DNA of 64,000 nucleotides from positions 27,802-91,801 of the forward strand of contig JBCCHT010000053.1 of NCBI GenBank assembly GCA_039028615.1, given 5' to 3'. Within the stretch, counting starts at the first letter, position 1; each line of letters starts with the position of its first letter. Under the pieces are notes generated by a model, which saw only the letters and a list, made by a program, of their open reading frames with translations, had not been told where the DNA came from and did no database searches. Shown one piece after another: positions 1-9,770 of the stretch. The position numbers were made by a program, and so were the translations under genes. Origin of the DNA: Myxococcota bacterium (lineage in GTDB: Bacteria; Myxococcota_A; Polyangia; Nannocystales; Nannocystaceae).

Positions 1-496
1 CTTCAGCTTCGCTGTCCTCGGACTCCGCGTCGCTCTCGTCTTTGGCTTCGCTGTCCTTGGACTCCGCGTCGGACTTCGCTTCGACCTCGCTGTCTTCGGG
101 CTCCGCGTCGTCCTTCGCTTCGTCGGACTCGCCGCCGCTCGCCTTGGGGTCGGCGTCCGCGTCGCCTTCGCTCGACGCGTCGTCCTTCTTCTTCGGCGCA
201 CCGAACTTCGGCGGGTCGAACACGCCCTTGGCTGCGGCCTTGCTCGCCGACCCCTTCTTACTCAGCGCAGGAGGAGCGCCGAACATCAGGCGATCCATCT
301 CGCGCTCGGGGTCGGCGACCCGGTCTTTGCCCACGACGGTATGCCCGCTCGAGTGGGAGTGGTCCTCGGATGCCGAAGAGTCGCTGCTCTCGGCCGTATC
401 GGCGCCGTCGAGGAGCTCGTCCCAGGCCGTGTCGACCCGGGCTCGCTCGTCTTCGGGGGTCCGAGCGTCGTCGGACTTGCCCGTCATGGCGGCCAT
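1..496 (-). CDS. Hypothetical acidic low-complexity protein, N-terminal part (runs off the window start)
   Basis: Minus-strand ATG at 496 (alternative 487) opens a stop-free frame MAAMTGKSDDARTPEDERARVDTAWDELL...; E/D/S/A-rich with GC-ending codons; divergent from the gene at 580. Confidence 0.7.
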   Translation of the reverse strand, partial: MAAMTGKSDDARTPEDERARVDTAWDELLDGADTAESSDSSASEDHSHSSGHTVVGKDRVADPEREMDRLMFGAPPALSKKGSASKAAAKGVFDPPKFGAPKKKDDASSEGDADADPKASGGESDEAKDDAEPEDSEVEAKSDAESKDSEAKDESDAESEDSEAE

Positions 497-579
497 CGTG
501 CCAGATCACCGGGCGCGGGAAAACGTCGAGAACCGAGCGCGCTTGCCGTTGGCCACGTCTGTAGTCTAAGTCTAGGGCG

Positions 580-1344
580 ATGCAGGACAATTCCTGGCAA
601 AGCGCGGCGTGGGCCCTGGGCTTCGGTCTTCTGACGATTTCAGCCGGTTGCGACCCCAACCTGGCGCCAGAGATCCCGGATACCAAGCCGGTTCCGCGGG
701 TGTCTCAGCCAGTCCCCATCATCGAGGGGGACGCGAGCCGCAACCTGCTGCAAGGCTTCATCGAGCGAGATCCCGACGTCGCGGGTCAGCGCACCGTGCC
801 GAATCTGGACGGGTCGCCGGGGCAGACCCAAGTTCCCCTGACATGGGCCGAGGAGTCGCTCGGGTGGAAGTTGCCCTTCCAGGCCAAGCGCGTCGTGGCG
901 GCGCTGATGATCGCCGCGGCCCACGATCGACTCGACAGCCTCGACTTCATCCTCACTCCCGAGGCGCAGTGGGGCTGGCCCGATCCCCGTCGACCCGGGG
1001 CGCGCTCCATCTTCAACGGAGACGACGGCGAGGCGTTCTTCCAGGCCTTCCGCACCGTGGCTCAGCGCCTGCCCGAGAAGACCAAGTGGACGAGCAAGCC
1101 GGTCCCGCCCGGCATCCAGGTGCTGCATCAAACCGGGGCCGAGCCCATGTGGACCTACTACGCCACCGGGCAAGACGGGATCCTCATGCAGCTGGTGCTG
1201 TACCAGGGCAAGGCTCGCATCGCGTACGTCGGCCTCTACGAAGAGCCGCCCGCAGACGGGCCGCCCGAGGTCAACATCGAGACCTACGGGCCCATCCCCT
1301 CGCTGGTGCCGCCCCGTCGTCCGCCGCCCGCCGTCCCCGAGTGA
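580..1344 (+). CDS. Hypothetical lipoprotein
   Basis: Signal peptide and lipobox-like ISAGC; GC-ending codons; globular body. Confidence 0.8.
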   Translation: MQDNSWQSAAWALGFGLLTISAGCDPNLAPEIPDTKPVPRVSQPVPIIEGDASRNLLQGFIERDPDVAGQRTVPNLDGSPGQTQVPLTWAEESLGWKLPFQAKRVVAALMIAAAHDRLDSLDFILTPEAQWGWPDPRRPGARSIFNGDDGEAFFQAFRTVAQRLPEKTKWTSKPVPPGIQVLHQTGAEPMWTYYATGQDGILMQLVLYQGKARIAYVGLYEEPPADGPPEVNIETYGPIPSLVPPRRPPPAVPE

Positions 1345-1407
1345 GTCGCCCTCGAGAGCCATCCCGCGCCGACGAGCCCTTCGTCCGCGTGGGGTGACCG
1401 GTGCGCG

Positions 1408-2307
1408 CTACTCCGATGCGGACACGGAGTCGGCGATGCGCCCGAGCGCTTCGACCCGGCGGCGATAGGGCGACCAGCGATAGCGGTCGAGGAACGAGCG
1501 CGCGGGCAGCCTGCCCCGTCGCACGCGCTGGTAGTCCCGCTCCTGTCGTGCGAGCTGGGCATCGGCGGCCAAGGTCCGCGCTTCGTCGGCCCCGGGGTGC
1601 TCGGGATGCTGCACGGCAAAAAGCCCCGGAGACCCTCGCCCGCGGGCGACCCAGGCCAAGTGCCAGTCGGCGCGAAAGCGCAGCAGCTGACTGAGATCGA
1701 CGTAGCCCGCCCACGCCTGCTCGCCCAGCTCGATGCGAGCGAAGTCGTGGAGCGAGCCCACTCCCAACGCTCGCAGCGCACGGTCGAGGGTGGCGAAGCG
1801 CAGCTCGAGCTTGCCGTCGAGATCGGTCCGCACGGGGGGCAGGGGAGTGCTGCGCCGACCCTCGTGATCGATGAAGGTCAGCGTCACCTCGCCCTGAAAG
1901 CGCCGCAGCCGACAGCCGGCCTCGTGGGCATCGTTGCGGCGCAGCACGTCGCGCCCGGGGCTTCGCAGGGGCCACTGCCGACAGCGCTTGGCCAGGCCCA
2001 GCACCAACCGTAGGGAGGCCAGGTCGACCTGGCGCCGCTCCACGAAGCCGAACACGTCGCGTCGCCGAACGACGGCCTTGCCCGCCCGCTCGCGATCGTT
2101 CGCACAGGCATCGTCGAGCCGTTGCCCGTCGCGAAGCTCGGCCCGAACCTGGCGATCGCACTCGGCCGACGACCCCGCGCGCAGTTGGTCGATCGCGGCC
2201 GCATCGGCGCCCACCGGCTGCAGCTCGGGCCCGCGGCCACCCGCCTGGGCCGTCGAGCCCGCCAGCGCCACTGTGAGGACCAGCGGCCATGAACGCCTTC
2301 GCAGCAA
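1408..2307 (-). CDS. Hypothetical secreted protein
   Basis: N-terminal RRRSWPLVLTVALAGSTAQA signal-like segment; best-biased frame in the interval; start uncertain. Confidence 0.65.
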   Translation of the reverse strand: MLRRRSWPLVLTVALAGSTAQAGGRGPELQPVGADAAAIDQLRAGSSAECDRQVRAELRDGQRLDDACANDRERAGKAVVRRRDVFGFVERRQVDLASLRLVLGLAKRCRQWPLRSPGRDVLRRNDAHEAGCRLRRFQGEVTLTFIDHEGRRSTPLPPVRTDLDGKLELRFATLDRALRALGVGSLHDFARIELGEQAWAGYVDLSQLLRFRADWHLAWVARGRGSPGLFAVQHPEHPGADEARTLAADAQLARQERDYQRVRRGRLPARSFLDRYRWSPYRRRVEALGRIADSVSASE

Positions 2308-2399
2308 CGTCCTCCAAGGCTAGCAGCCTCCGCGACCGCGGCAGTAAATCTCTGATCTCGTTGACGATTGCGAGCCGTTTGGCATCGCCGAGGACTGTT

Positions 2400-3092
2400 T
2401 CAGGCCGAAGCGGCCGCGGCGTGGCGCAGGGCGGACTCGGTCTTGCCCCCGACGATGGCGGGCGCCTCGCGGACCAGGGTGTCGTCGGTCAGCGCGTGCA
2501 CCATGAACAGCGCGAAGTCGGTGCGGCGGGTTCGGTTGCTCGCCAAGATCGGGTCGCCCACGTGGCGGCTCCACACGGGCAGGCCCTCGCTGTCGCCTTC
2601 TTCGAGGTCACTGCCCCGCACCACCGTCCAGCGCCGCTCGCTCGCGAAGATCCGGTCGCAGGCCTCCACCTGGTCGTGCAGGTCGACCCAGCGAAACAGC
2701 CGAGCGATGAAGCCACCCACGGTCACCAGGGCCCGCACCTTCAGCGAGTAGACGTCCTGGCCGTCGCGGGTGATGTGCCAGCCGCACGAGAACACCAGGC
2801 GCGCGTGGTCCTCGGCGTGGTCGAGCACGGCCAGGGCGGTCCCCGACGCGTAGTGCTGCATGCCGTAGGGCACGAGCACGGTCAGCACGCCGTCGCAGCC
2901 CGCCACCGCACGGCGGATGACCTCGCGGTCGTCCGTGGCCCCCGGAACGATGGTGATCCGCCCCGCGAAGCGCTCCAGCTTGGCCACGCTGCGTTCGCGA
3001 CAGACCCCTACCACCTCGTAGCCACGGGCCAGCGAGTGCTCGATCATGTATTGCCCGAGCTTGCCCGAGGCGCCAACGATGCAGACCTTCAT
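2400..3092 (-). CDS. NAD(P)-binding oxidoreductase (NAD(P)H-binding / flavin reductase-like atypical SDR)
   Basis: MKVCIVGASGKLG Rossmann motif; WTVVRG and RxDFAxF motifs; divergent from a LysR gene. Confidence 0.9.
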   Translation of the reverse strand: MKVCIVGASGKLGQYMIEHSLARGYEVVGVCRERSVAKLERFAGRITIVPGATDDREVIRRAVAGCDGVLTVLVPYGMQHYASGTALAVLDHAEDHARLVFSCGWHITRDGQDVYSLKVRALVTVGGFIARLFRWVDLHDQVEACDRIFASERRWTVVRGSDLEEGDSEGLPVWSRHVGDPILASNRTRRTDFALFMVHALTDDTLVREAPAIVGGKTESALRHAAAASA

Positions 3093-3162
3093 GCCCTTGG
3101 TTGTAGAGCCTCAAATTTGAATCGGCCATCGCATGTTTTGCATCTGCGCTATACATATTTGA

Positions 3163-4062
3163 ATGAGGCCATCGCGTGTGACCTTCGACTGGACTCGGGC
3201 CCGGGCGTTCCTCGTGGCGGCCGAGGAGGGCTCGTTTTCCGCGGCGGCGCGGGTGCTGGGCGTCTCTCAGCCCACGCTGGGGCGCCAGGTCGCGTCCCTC
3301 GAAGAAGAGCTGGGCGTGGTGCTGTTCGAACGGATGGGGCAGGGCGTCCAGGTCACGCCGACCGGCATCGAGCTGCTCGAGCAGGTGCGGCAGATGAACG
3401 ACGTCGCCGACCGCATCGGCCTCATTGCGGCCGGGCAGTCTCAGCAGGTCGACGGCACCGTCCGGCTCGCGGCCAGCCCCGCCGTGGCCGCGCACGTGCT
3501 GCCGCCCGTGCTCGAGGCGCTTCGCAAGCAGCATCCCGGCATCGACCTCGAGCTGGTCGTCTCCAACTCCAGCAGCGACCTGCGGCGCCGCGAAGCCGAC
3601 CTCGCGATCCGGCACTACCGGCCGCAGGGTGACGACCTGTTCGCCCGCCTGCTCGAGGCCGAGACCGAGGCGCACCTGTACGCGACCCCGAGCTACCTGC
3701 GGCGCATCGGCAACCCAACGACGCCCGAGGCCCTCGCCGAAGGCGGGCAGATCATCGGCTTCGAAGACATGAGCGGGATGCTCCCGGGGCTGCGCGCGGC
3801 CGGCTATCCCTTCGGCGACGACTGTGCCCCCGTCCGCACCGACGACCACCTCGTGCAGTGGGCCCTGGCCAAGCGCGGCCTGGGTCTGTGCGTGATGATG
3901 CAGGCGGTCGGCGATGCGGAGCGTCGCGTACGAAGGGCGTTACCCCAGGGCCCCCCGGTGGTGTCGCTGCCCGTGTGGCTGGTCAGCCACCGCGAGCTCA
4001 AGACGAGTCGGCGGATCCGGGTGGTCTTCGATGCGCTCGCGCAGGCACTGAGCGCCGCCTGA
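3163..4062 (+). CDS. LysR-family transcriptional regulator
   Basis: FLVAAEEGSFSAAARVLGVSQPTLGRQVASLEEELGVVLFER HTH; ~300 aa. Confidence 0.95.
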   Translation: MRPSRVTFDWTRARAFLVAAEEGSFSAAARVLGVSQPTLGRQVASLEEELGVVLFERMGQGVQVTPTGIELLEQVRQMNDVADRIGLIAAGQSQQVDGTVRLAASPAVAAHVLPPVLEALRKQHPGIDLELVVSNSSSDLRRREADLAIRHYRPQGDDLFARLLEAETEAHLYATPSYLRRIGNPTTPEALAEGGQIIGFEDMSGMLPGLRAAGYPFGDDCAPVRTDDHLVQWALAKRGLGLCVMMQAVGDAERRVRRALPQGPPVVSLPVWLVSHRELKTSRRIRVVFDALAQALSAA

Positions 4063-4199
4063 CCGCGGGGGCCCTCTGAGCGCCTCCGAACCCCCGTAGG
4101 CCGTCGGCGGTGCGCTCCGATGGAGTGAACGCGGAGTTCCCGCGGGTCCCGACCACACCGCCCTTGACGACCCGGTGACCCCGGGCAAGCCTGCGTCGC

Positions 4200-6314
4200 G
4201 TGCGACGCTATGCGTTCCCGTTGGCCGCGTTGATCGTGATCGGAGCCCCCGCCGGGTGTCTGAAGATCCCCCCCGAGCTGCCGGAGGAGCCCGATGCGAC
4301 CCCAGGTGCGCCGAGCACCGCGGCCGACATGCTCGATCGCTACGTCGAAGGCTCGGGCGGCGAGGCGACCCTGCGGGGAATCGCGGCGCGGTCGATCGAG
4401 GCGCGGATGATCGTGCGCGGCCAAGCCGAGTGCGCGCCCGAGGACGAAGCCTGCTCCACCGACGACCAAGTGGGCTCCTTCCTGCTCAAGACCACGTCCG
4501 ACGGCAAGCTCTACCGCCGCACCGTGCTCAACGACCTCGTCGAAGAAAAGGGCTTCGACGGCAAGGTCGGCTGGCAGCTGGCGGGTGAGCTGCTGCGCCT
4601 CGAAGACCGGAACGAGCTCGAGCTGTCGCGCGAGGACGCCATTCTCCACTGGTACTTCGACCTCGAAGAGCGCGGCGTGCAGGTCACCCTGGCCCGGCCG
4701 CGCAAAGAAGACAGCGACGGCAACGTGGCCACGCTGGACGGGATCCACTGGGAGGGAGGCACCGTCGCCACCAGCCCCAAGACGATGTGGTTCGACCGCT
4801 CCACCGGCCTGCTCCGCGAGGAGATCGTCGAAGAGAGCATCGAGGACATCGTCCAGCGCCAGACGATCATCTACGACGACTATCGCGAGATCGACGGGGT
4901 CCAGGTGCCCTTCACCATCCGCGTGGTCAACGTGCTCGGCGAGCAGGAGCAGGTGGTCGAGTTCGTGACCCAGCGGATCGACCACGAGGCGGTCGAGGCC
5001 ACGCAGTTTGCGATGCCCGTGCTCCCGCCGCCCAAGCCCGTGCCCGATCAGCGCCTGGCCGCGCTGCGCCAGGCCGAGCAGGGCGCCAAGGAAAAGCCCA
5101 AGGACTTGGGCGCCCAGGTCGCCTTGGTCCGCGCCTCCTGGGTGGCGGGGCACTTCGACACCACCGTGTCCGCGGCCAAGGCCGCGCTGGCCATCGACGC
5201 CAAGGAGCCCGAGGTCCTGCTGCTGCTGGCCCGGGCCCACGTGCTGCGGGGCGAGACCAAAGAGGCCTCCGCCGTGCTGCGCAAGCTGGAGTCGCTCGAG
5301 ATCGTCAAGCCGGAGATCATCGCCCTCGAAGAGGCGTGGATCCACTACCGTCGCCGCGACTACAGCAAGCTCGCCAAGGCCCTCGACGCCGTCGGCAACC
5401 CCGTGTTCGCCGGGCGCTTCCGCAGCTTCGTGGGCAAGCCCCTGCAGTCGAAGGTGGCCAAGAACGCCTGTGTGACCACGCTGCCGCTGGTGGCCACCTC
5501 GCCGCTCGCGGTGGTGGAGATCGAGGTCGAGGGCTCGCCCGTGCAGGCGATCATCGACAGCGGGGCGTCGGACCTCATCCTGTCGCAGTCGTTCACCGCC
5601 GCGCAGGCCATCTCGACGCGCCCGCTGTCCGCGGGAGCGCCTCAGGGCACCCCCACCGTCGGCTACGCCCAGGCCGAGTCGATGACCCTCGACAACCTCA
5701 CCATCTCCAACGTGCCGATCGACGTGTTCAACGATCTGGCCATGTCGGAGATGGCCGGCCAAGACCTCGACGAGGTCCAGGCGGTGCTCGGCCTGAGCAT
5801 GCTGTCGGATTTCCAGATCACCCTGGACATCCCCGGCAAGTCGCTCGAGCTGGTGGGCAAGGGCAACCGCTGCAAGAGCGAGCGCGCGGCTCGACGCTCC
5901 GGCGACGGTATGCCCTTTTGGCAGCACGAGACCCACTACATCTACGTGCAAGGGGCCATGAACGGCGCCGAGGGCCTATACCTGCTCAACACGGGCATGC
6001 GCGGGGCCGACATCACCGCCAACCTGCTGGCCTACGGCCACGCGGGCGTGGGCATCCCGCCCATGAAGGACGGCGCGGCCATGGGCACCATCGGCTCGTT
6101 CGCGCTGGGCGGCGTCGAGCAAAAAGGCCTCGCCTCCGCGGTGGCCTTCGTCGATCCCAACGGCCAGGTCCGCGGGTTCTTCGAGCGCATGGAGACCAGC
6201 GGCGGCTTCCGTGAGGACGGCATGCTCGGGCTCGCCGTGCTCGGCGAGCAGCGGATCACCATCGACTTCGAAGACCGCCGCATCTACCTCGCCAAGTCCG
6301 AGCCCGCGTCATGA
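4200..6314 (+). CDS. Lipoprotein with a LolA-like N-terminal region, TPR-like helices and tandem retropepsin-like aspartyl protease domains
   Basis: Lipobox-like PAGC; IIDSGAS...VLGLSML first domain; LLNTG...GMLGL second domain; TPR-like segment (AKAALAIDAKEPEVLLLLARAH). Confidence 0.8.
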   Translation: MRRYAFPLAALIVIGAPAGCLKIPPELPEEPDATPGAPSTAADMLDRYVEGSGGEATLRGIAARSIEARMIVRGQAECAPEDEACSTDDQVGSFLLKTTSDGKLYRRTVLNDLVEEKGFDGKVGWQLAGELLRLEDRNELELSREDAILHWYFDLEERGVQVTLARPRKEDSDGNVATLDGIHWEGGTVATSPKTMWFDRSTGLLREEIVEESIEDIVQRQTIIYDDYREIDGVQVPFTIRVVNVLGEQEQVVEFVTQRIDHEAVEATQFAMPVLPPPKPVPDQRLAALRQAEQGAKEKPKDLGAQVALVRASWVAGHFDTTVSAAKAALAIDAKEPEVLLLLARAHVLRGETKEASAVLRKLESLEIVKPEIIALEEAWIHYRRRDYSKLAKALDAVGNPVFAGRFRSFVGKPLQSKVAKNACVTTLPLVATSPLAVVEIEVEGSPVQAIIDSGASDLILSQSFTAAQAISTRPLSAGAPQGTPTVGYAQAESMTLDNLTISNVPIDVFNDLAMSEMAGQDLDEVQAVLGLSMLSDFQITLDIPGKSLELVGKGNRCKSERAARRSGDGMPFWQHETHYIYVQGAMNGAEGLYLLNTGMRGADITANLLAYGHAGVGIPPMKDGAAMGTIGSFALGGVEQKGLASAVAFVDPNGQVRGFFERMETSGGFREDGMLGLAVLGEQRITIDFEDRRIYLAKSEPAS

Positions 6315-7639
6315 GTGATTCGTCGACCCTGGTCGTTTATCGCGGAGCCCACGGGGTCCTCGACGGGGCTTGGGTCGACGCCCCCTGGCTGGCCGTCGAC
6401 GAGGACGGCACCATCACCGCCACCGGTCACGCGGGCACCGAAGCCGTCGCGCCTCCGGCCGGGGCCATCGTGCGCGACCTGGGCCCGGTGATGGTGCTGC
6501 CGGGCATGGTCAACGCCCACAGTCATGCGTTTCAGCGGGCGATCCGCGGCGCCACCCATCGGCGCGGGGCCAATGATCCCTCGTCGTTCTGGAGCTGGCG
6601 CGAGGCCATGTACCGCTGCGCCCAGCAGCTACGGCCCGAAGACGTCTACCGGGTCACCCGCCAGGCCTACGCCGAGATGCTGGCCGCGGGCATCACCTGC
6701 GTGGGCGAGTTTCACTACGTGCACCATCAGCCCGACGGGCAGCCCTACGACGACGCCAACGAGCTCAGCGCCCAAGTGGTGCGTGCCGCGGCCGACGTGG
6801 GCATTCGCGTCGTCATGCTCGAGGTGCTCTACCTGCGGGCGGGCCACGGACGCGATGCCCTGCCCGAGCAGCGCCGCTTCTGCGATGCAGGGGTCGACGC
6901 CTATCTGCAGCGCATCGACGACCTGCGCGGGCGAGGCATCGAGGTCGGGCTCGCGCCCCACAGCATGCGCGCCGTCCCCGGCGAAGCCCTGCAGCAGGTC
7001 GCGCGCTACGGCCACGAGCACGGCCTCGTGCTGCATACCCACCTGAGCGAGCAGCCGCGCGAGAACGAGGAGTGCCAGGCGGAGCACGGGATGACGCCGA
7101 GCCAGCTGTACTCCGAGGCCGGCTTCTTCGAGCGCCCGCGCAGCTTCACCGCCGTGCATGCCGTCCACACGACCGCGCAGGACCAGGCCTTGCTCGCCCC
7201 GCAGCACGTGTGTGCCTGCCCCACCACCGAGGCCGATCTCGGCGATGGCATCGTGCCCGCCACCGACCTGCTCGCAGCCGGGGGCGAGATTTCCCTGGGC
7301 AGCGACAGCAACTCCGTCATCGACCTGGTGCAGGAAGCCCGGCTGCTCGAGATGGACGAGCGCCTGCGGGTGCAGGCCCGGCTGCAGCTGTGCGACGACC
7401 AGGGGCAGCTCGGCCTCCCGCTCTTGCACGCCGCCACCGCGGCCGGGGCCTCCTCGCTCGGTCGCTCGAACAGCTCCGGTCGGCTCGCCGTGGGTCGCCC
7501 CTTCGACGCCGTCACCATCGGCATCGATCGGCCCTTCTTTGCCGGGATCGACGGTGCCCACCTGCTCGATGCCCTGATGTGCGCGGGCACGGCCGCCCAG
7601 GTCCGCGACGTCTTCGTCGGAGGCGTATGCCGAAGCTGA
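6311..7639 (+). CDS. hutF: Formimidoylglutamate deiminase (amidohydrolase superfamily)
   Basis: NAHSHAFQR, SFWSWREAMY, GEFHYVHH, APHSMRAV, CPTTEADLGDG and LGSDSN motifs; ATGA overlap with the upstream gene. Confidence 0.92.
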   Translation: MSDSSTLVVYRGAHGVLDGAWVDAPWLAVDEDGTITATGHAGTEAVAPPAGAIVRDLGPVMVLPGMVNAHSHAFQRAIRGATHRRGANDPSSFWSWREAMYRCAQQLRPEDVYRVTRQAYAEMLAAGITCVGEFHYVHHQPDGQPYDDANELSAQVVRAAADVGIRVVMLEVLYLRAGHGRDALPEQRRFCDAGVDAYLQRIDDLRGRGIEVGLAPHSMRAVPGEALQQVARYGHEHGLVLHTHLSEQPRENEECQAEHGMTPSQLYSEAGFFERPRSFTAVHAVHTTAQDQALLAPQHVCACPTTEADLGDGIVPATDLLAAGGEISLGSDSNSVIDLVQEARLLEMDERLRVQARLQLCDDQGQLGLPLLHAATAAGASSLGRSNSSGRLAVGRPFDAVTIGIDRPFFAGIDGAHLLDALMCAGTAAQVRDVFVGGVCRS

Positions 7640-7673
7640 GCCGACCGGGTCCCCGACCTGCTCGCGGGGGCCC

Positions 7674-8345
7674 GTGGCGAGGCTGAGTCGCACCCGCTGG
7701 CTCGCCGGACTCGGCGTGGTCGTGCTCGTGGCCTGTGCCTCGAAGACCGACGAGCGCGTGCGTCAGGCCTGGGGTGGCGCGTCCGAGAACCCGGACGACG
7801 TCGTAGGCGGACCGACCCGAGACCGCGAGGTCAACGAGGACGGCACCCCCCGCACCCCGACCCTGTACGGGTGGGACCGGGTCGACGAGATCCTCGACGT
7901 CGCCATCGCCGAGGTCAGCCTGGGCACCGACGACGAGGTCTTGGCGCGTCTCGCGAAGCGGTGGTGCAACGTCGAGCCCGTCGCGAAGGATGTCGAGAAA
8001 AACCTCGTGTGGGTCTGTATCCCCAAGCCGCAGGTCCTGATCGAGGGTCACTCGTTCACCCTCGAACTGAGCGGAGAGGGTGTGATAGGTCTCGTGGCCG
8101 CCGAGCTCTCCGCCGACGAGAGCACCCGGTTGGCCGCCGAGGCCCGAGAACGAACCGAACGCTGGTGCGCCCAAACATGGACCCCCAGTCCCCGCCCTTC
8201 CCCCGAGCAAGCTCCGCTGGCCGAGACCGCACCGCAGATCGACACATGCGTGGTCGAAGGCAGCGCGTTGCTCAGCGTCGCCCGCTACCTCGAGGGCGAA
8301 GGACCGAGCTGGCGAGTCTCCATGGCCGTCATCGATGCGAGCTGA
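7674..8345 (+). CDS. Hypothetical lipoprotein
   Basis: GTG start; signal peptide with LVAC lipobox. Confidence 0.75.
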   Translation: MARLSRTRWLAGLGVVVLVACASKTDERVRQAWGGASENPDDVVGGPTRDREVNEDGTPRTPTLYGWDRVDEILDVAIAEVSLGTDDEVLARLAKRWCNVEPVAKDVEKNLVWVCIPKPQVLIEGHSFTLELSGEGVIGLVAAELSADESTRLAAEARERTERWCAQTWTPSPRPSPEQAPLAETAPQIDTCVVEGSALLSVARYLEGEGPSWRVSMAVIDAS

Positions 8346-8349
8346 AGCC

Positions 8350-9525
8350 ATGATCGATCTGTCTTCTCCCACCAAGCACGCGGGGGTCCTGATCCCGCTC
8401 GACCCCTTCCGAGTCAGCCACCTCGCGGCCACCGCCGCCGAGCTGCTGGTGAGCAAGGCGCGGAACATCACCGACGCCAAGCTCGTGCTCACCCGGCACC
8501 CGCAGGCACAGCTGGTCATCGGGCGCATCGAAGGCTCGGTGGTCGAGGGCGATCCTCCCACCTTCTGGCGACAGAACGCCGACATCGCCATGGCCATGAG
8601 CCAGGTCGTGCCCCGCCAGCTGTTCATGTACTACGTGCAGAGCGCCCCGCCCGAGGAGCGCCGCGAGGGCTTCGTCGTCGCGCAGCGCGGGCAGGTCCTC
8701 GCCGCCGACGAGAGCAGCGCAGAAAGCCAGACCGAGGGCGCCGAGGTGTGGGCCGTCGAGCAGCTGTGCTCGCAGCTCCGCCTCGACCCCGCCGAGCTCG
8801 CCAGCGGCTTCGAAGGTGGCCCCAGCGTCGAGATCTCCCTGCTGGAGCCCAACGTCGACGACCAGGCCATGCTCATGACCCTCGCCGGTCAGCCGCCCGA
8901 GGGCGACCCCGGCGAAGGTGCCGAAGACGGCCCCACCCAAGCCGCGCCGCCCCCCGGAGGCCCCGCCGGCCCCGGTGGACCCGGCCCCGCTCAAGGGCAG
9001 CCGCAGGCCCCCGCCAAGCCCAAGCTCTCCGTCGCCGACGACATCAAGCGCCGCGAAAAGGAGCGCGCCGACGAGGTCGAAGAGCAGCGCCGCCGCGCCG
9101 ACGAGGTCAAGTCCGACCTCCCCTTCCTCGTCGACGACCTCGGCATCGTCGTCTGCCCCAAGGCCGAGCTGTCCGAGCCCGACATCATCGACCCGCTCAT
9201 CGTGGGCAAGATCTCCGGTGATCTCCCCCCCGGCCTCCCCGGCAAGCTCACCGAGGACCTCCAGGGCAAGCGCTGCGACGTCGCCCTCCGCGTCGACTTC
9301 TACAGCGAGGTCTTCCTCGACAGCACCCCGCTGTCCCGCCCGGCCATGGAAGAGCGAGCCGAGACCCGAACCATCGGCGGCAAAGAGATTCGAGTCATCG
9401 AAGCCCTGGCCCCCCGCCTCGGGTACGGGACCTTCCTGACCACGGGCAAGGCCCCCCACGTCTTCGTCTCCCGCAAGCCCGACCTGGCCCTCCCCGAGGA
9501 CCTCATCCTCGACCTCCTGGGCTAG
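8350..9525 (+). CDS. Hypothetical protein
   Basis: ATG 5 nt after the previous stop; strong codon bias; two globular parts joined by a Pro/Gly linker and a charged coiled coil. Confidence 0.8.
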   Translation: MIDLSSPTKHAGVLIPLDPFRVSHLAATAAELLVSKARNITDAKLVLTRHPQAQLVIGRIEGSVVEGDPPTFWRQNADIAMAMSQVVPRQLFMYYVQSAPPEERREGFVVAQRGQVLAADESSAESQTEGAEVWAVEQLCSQLRLDPAELASGFEGGPSVEISLLEPNVDDQAMLMTLAGQPPEGDPGEGAEDGPTQAAPPPGGPAGPGGPGPAQGQPQAPAKPKLSVADDIKRREKERADEVEEQRRRADEVKSDLPFLVDDLGIVVCPKAELSEPDIIDPLIVGKISGDLPPGLPGKLTEDLQGKRCDVALRVDFYSEVFLDSTPLSRPAMEERAETRTIGGKEIRVIEALAPRLGYGTFLTTGKAPHVFVSRKPDLALPEDLILDLLG

Positions 9526-9576
9526 AGCCTCCGAAAACGTACGTCGTTGCGCCCCGCTCTTCGCCAAAGCTCCCCC

Positions 9577-9760
9577 ATGAGCTTCGAGCGAAGACGGGCG
9601 CACCTCGTGCTCGCGCCGCCCGTTCGAGCGTCGTGAGGGTCGGATATCAGCTTCGAGCAGGGGCGAACGGCCGTCCTGCTGGCGCCGTCTGTTCGAGCGT
9701 CGCGGACGTTTCTCATGAGCTTCGAGCGGAGACGGGCGGGCGCCTGCTGACGCCCGGCCT
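9577..9760. repeat. Degenerate tandem repeat, 69-bp period, about 3 units
   Basis: AGCTTCGAGC at 9580, 9649 and 9718; GTTCGAGCGTCG at 9622 and 9691. Confidence 0.85.
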
Positions 9761-9770
9761 CCTTCCCACT

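Noticed and set aside
3804..5951. Long antisense ORFs (also 37022-39220, 42362-44404, 13507-15348, 39343-41094, 22696-24363 and others)
   Set aside because: Shadow frames of well-supported genes; expected in high-GC DNA where stop codons are rare
6311..7639. Complete histidine utilisation operon
   Set aside because: Only hutF is present; hutH, hutU, hutI and hutG are not in the window
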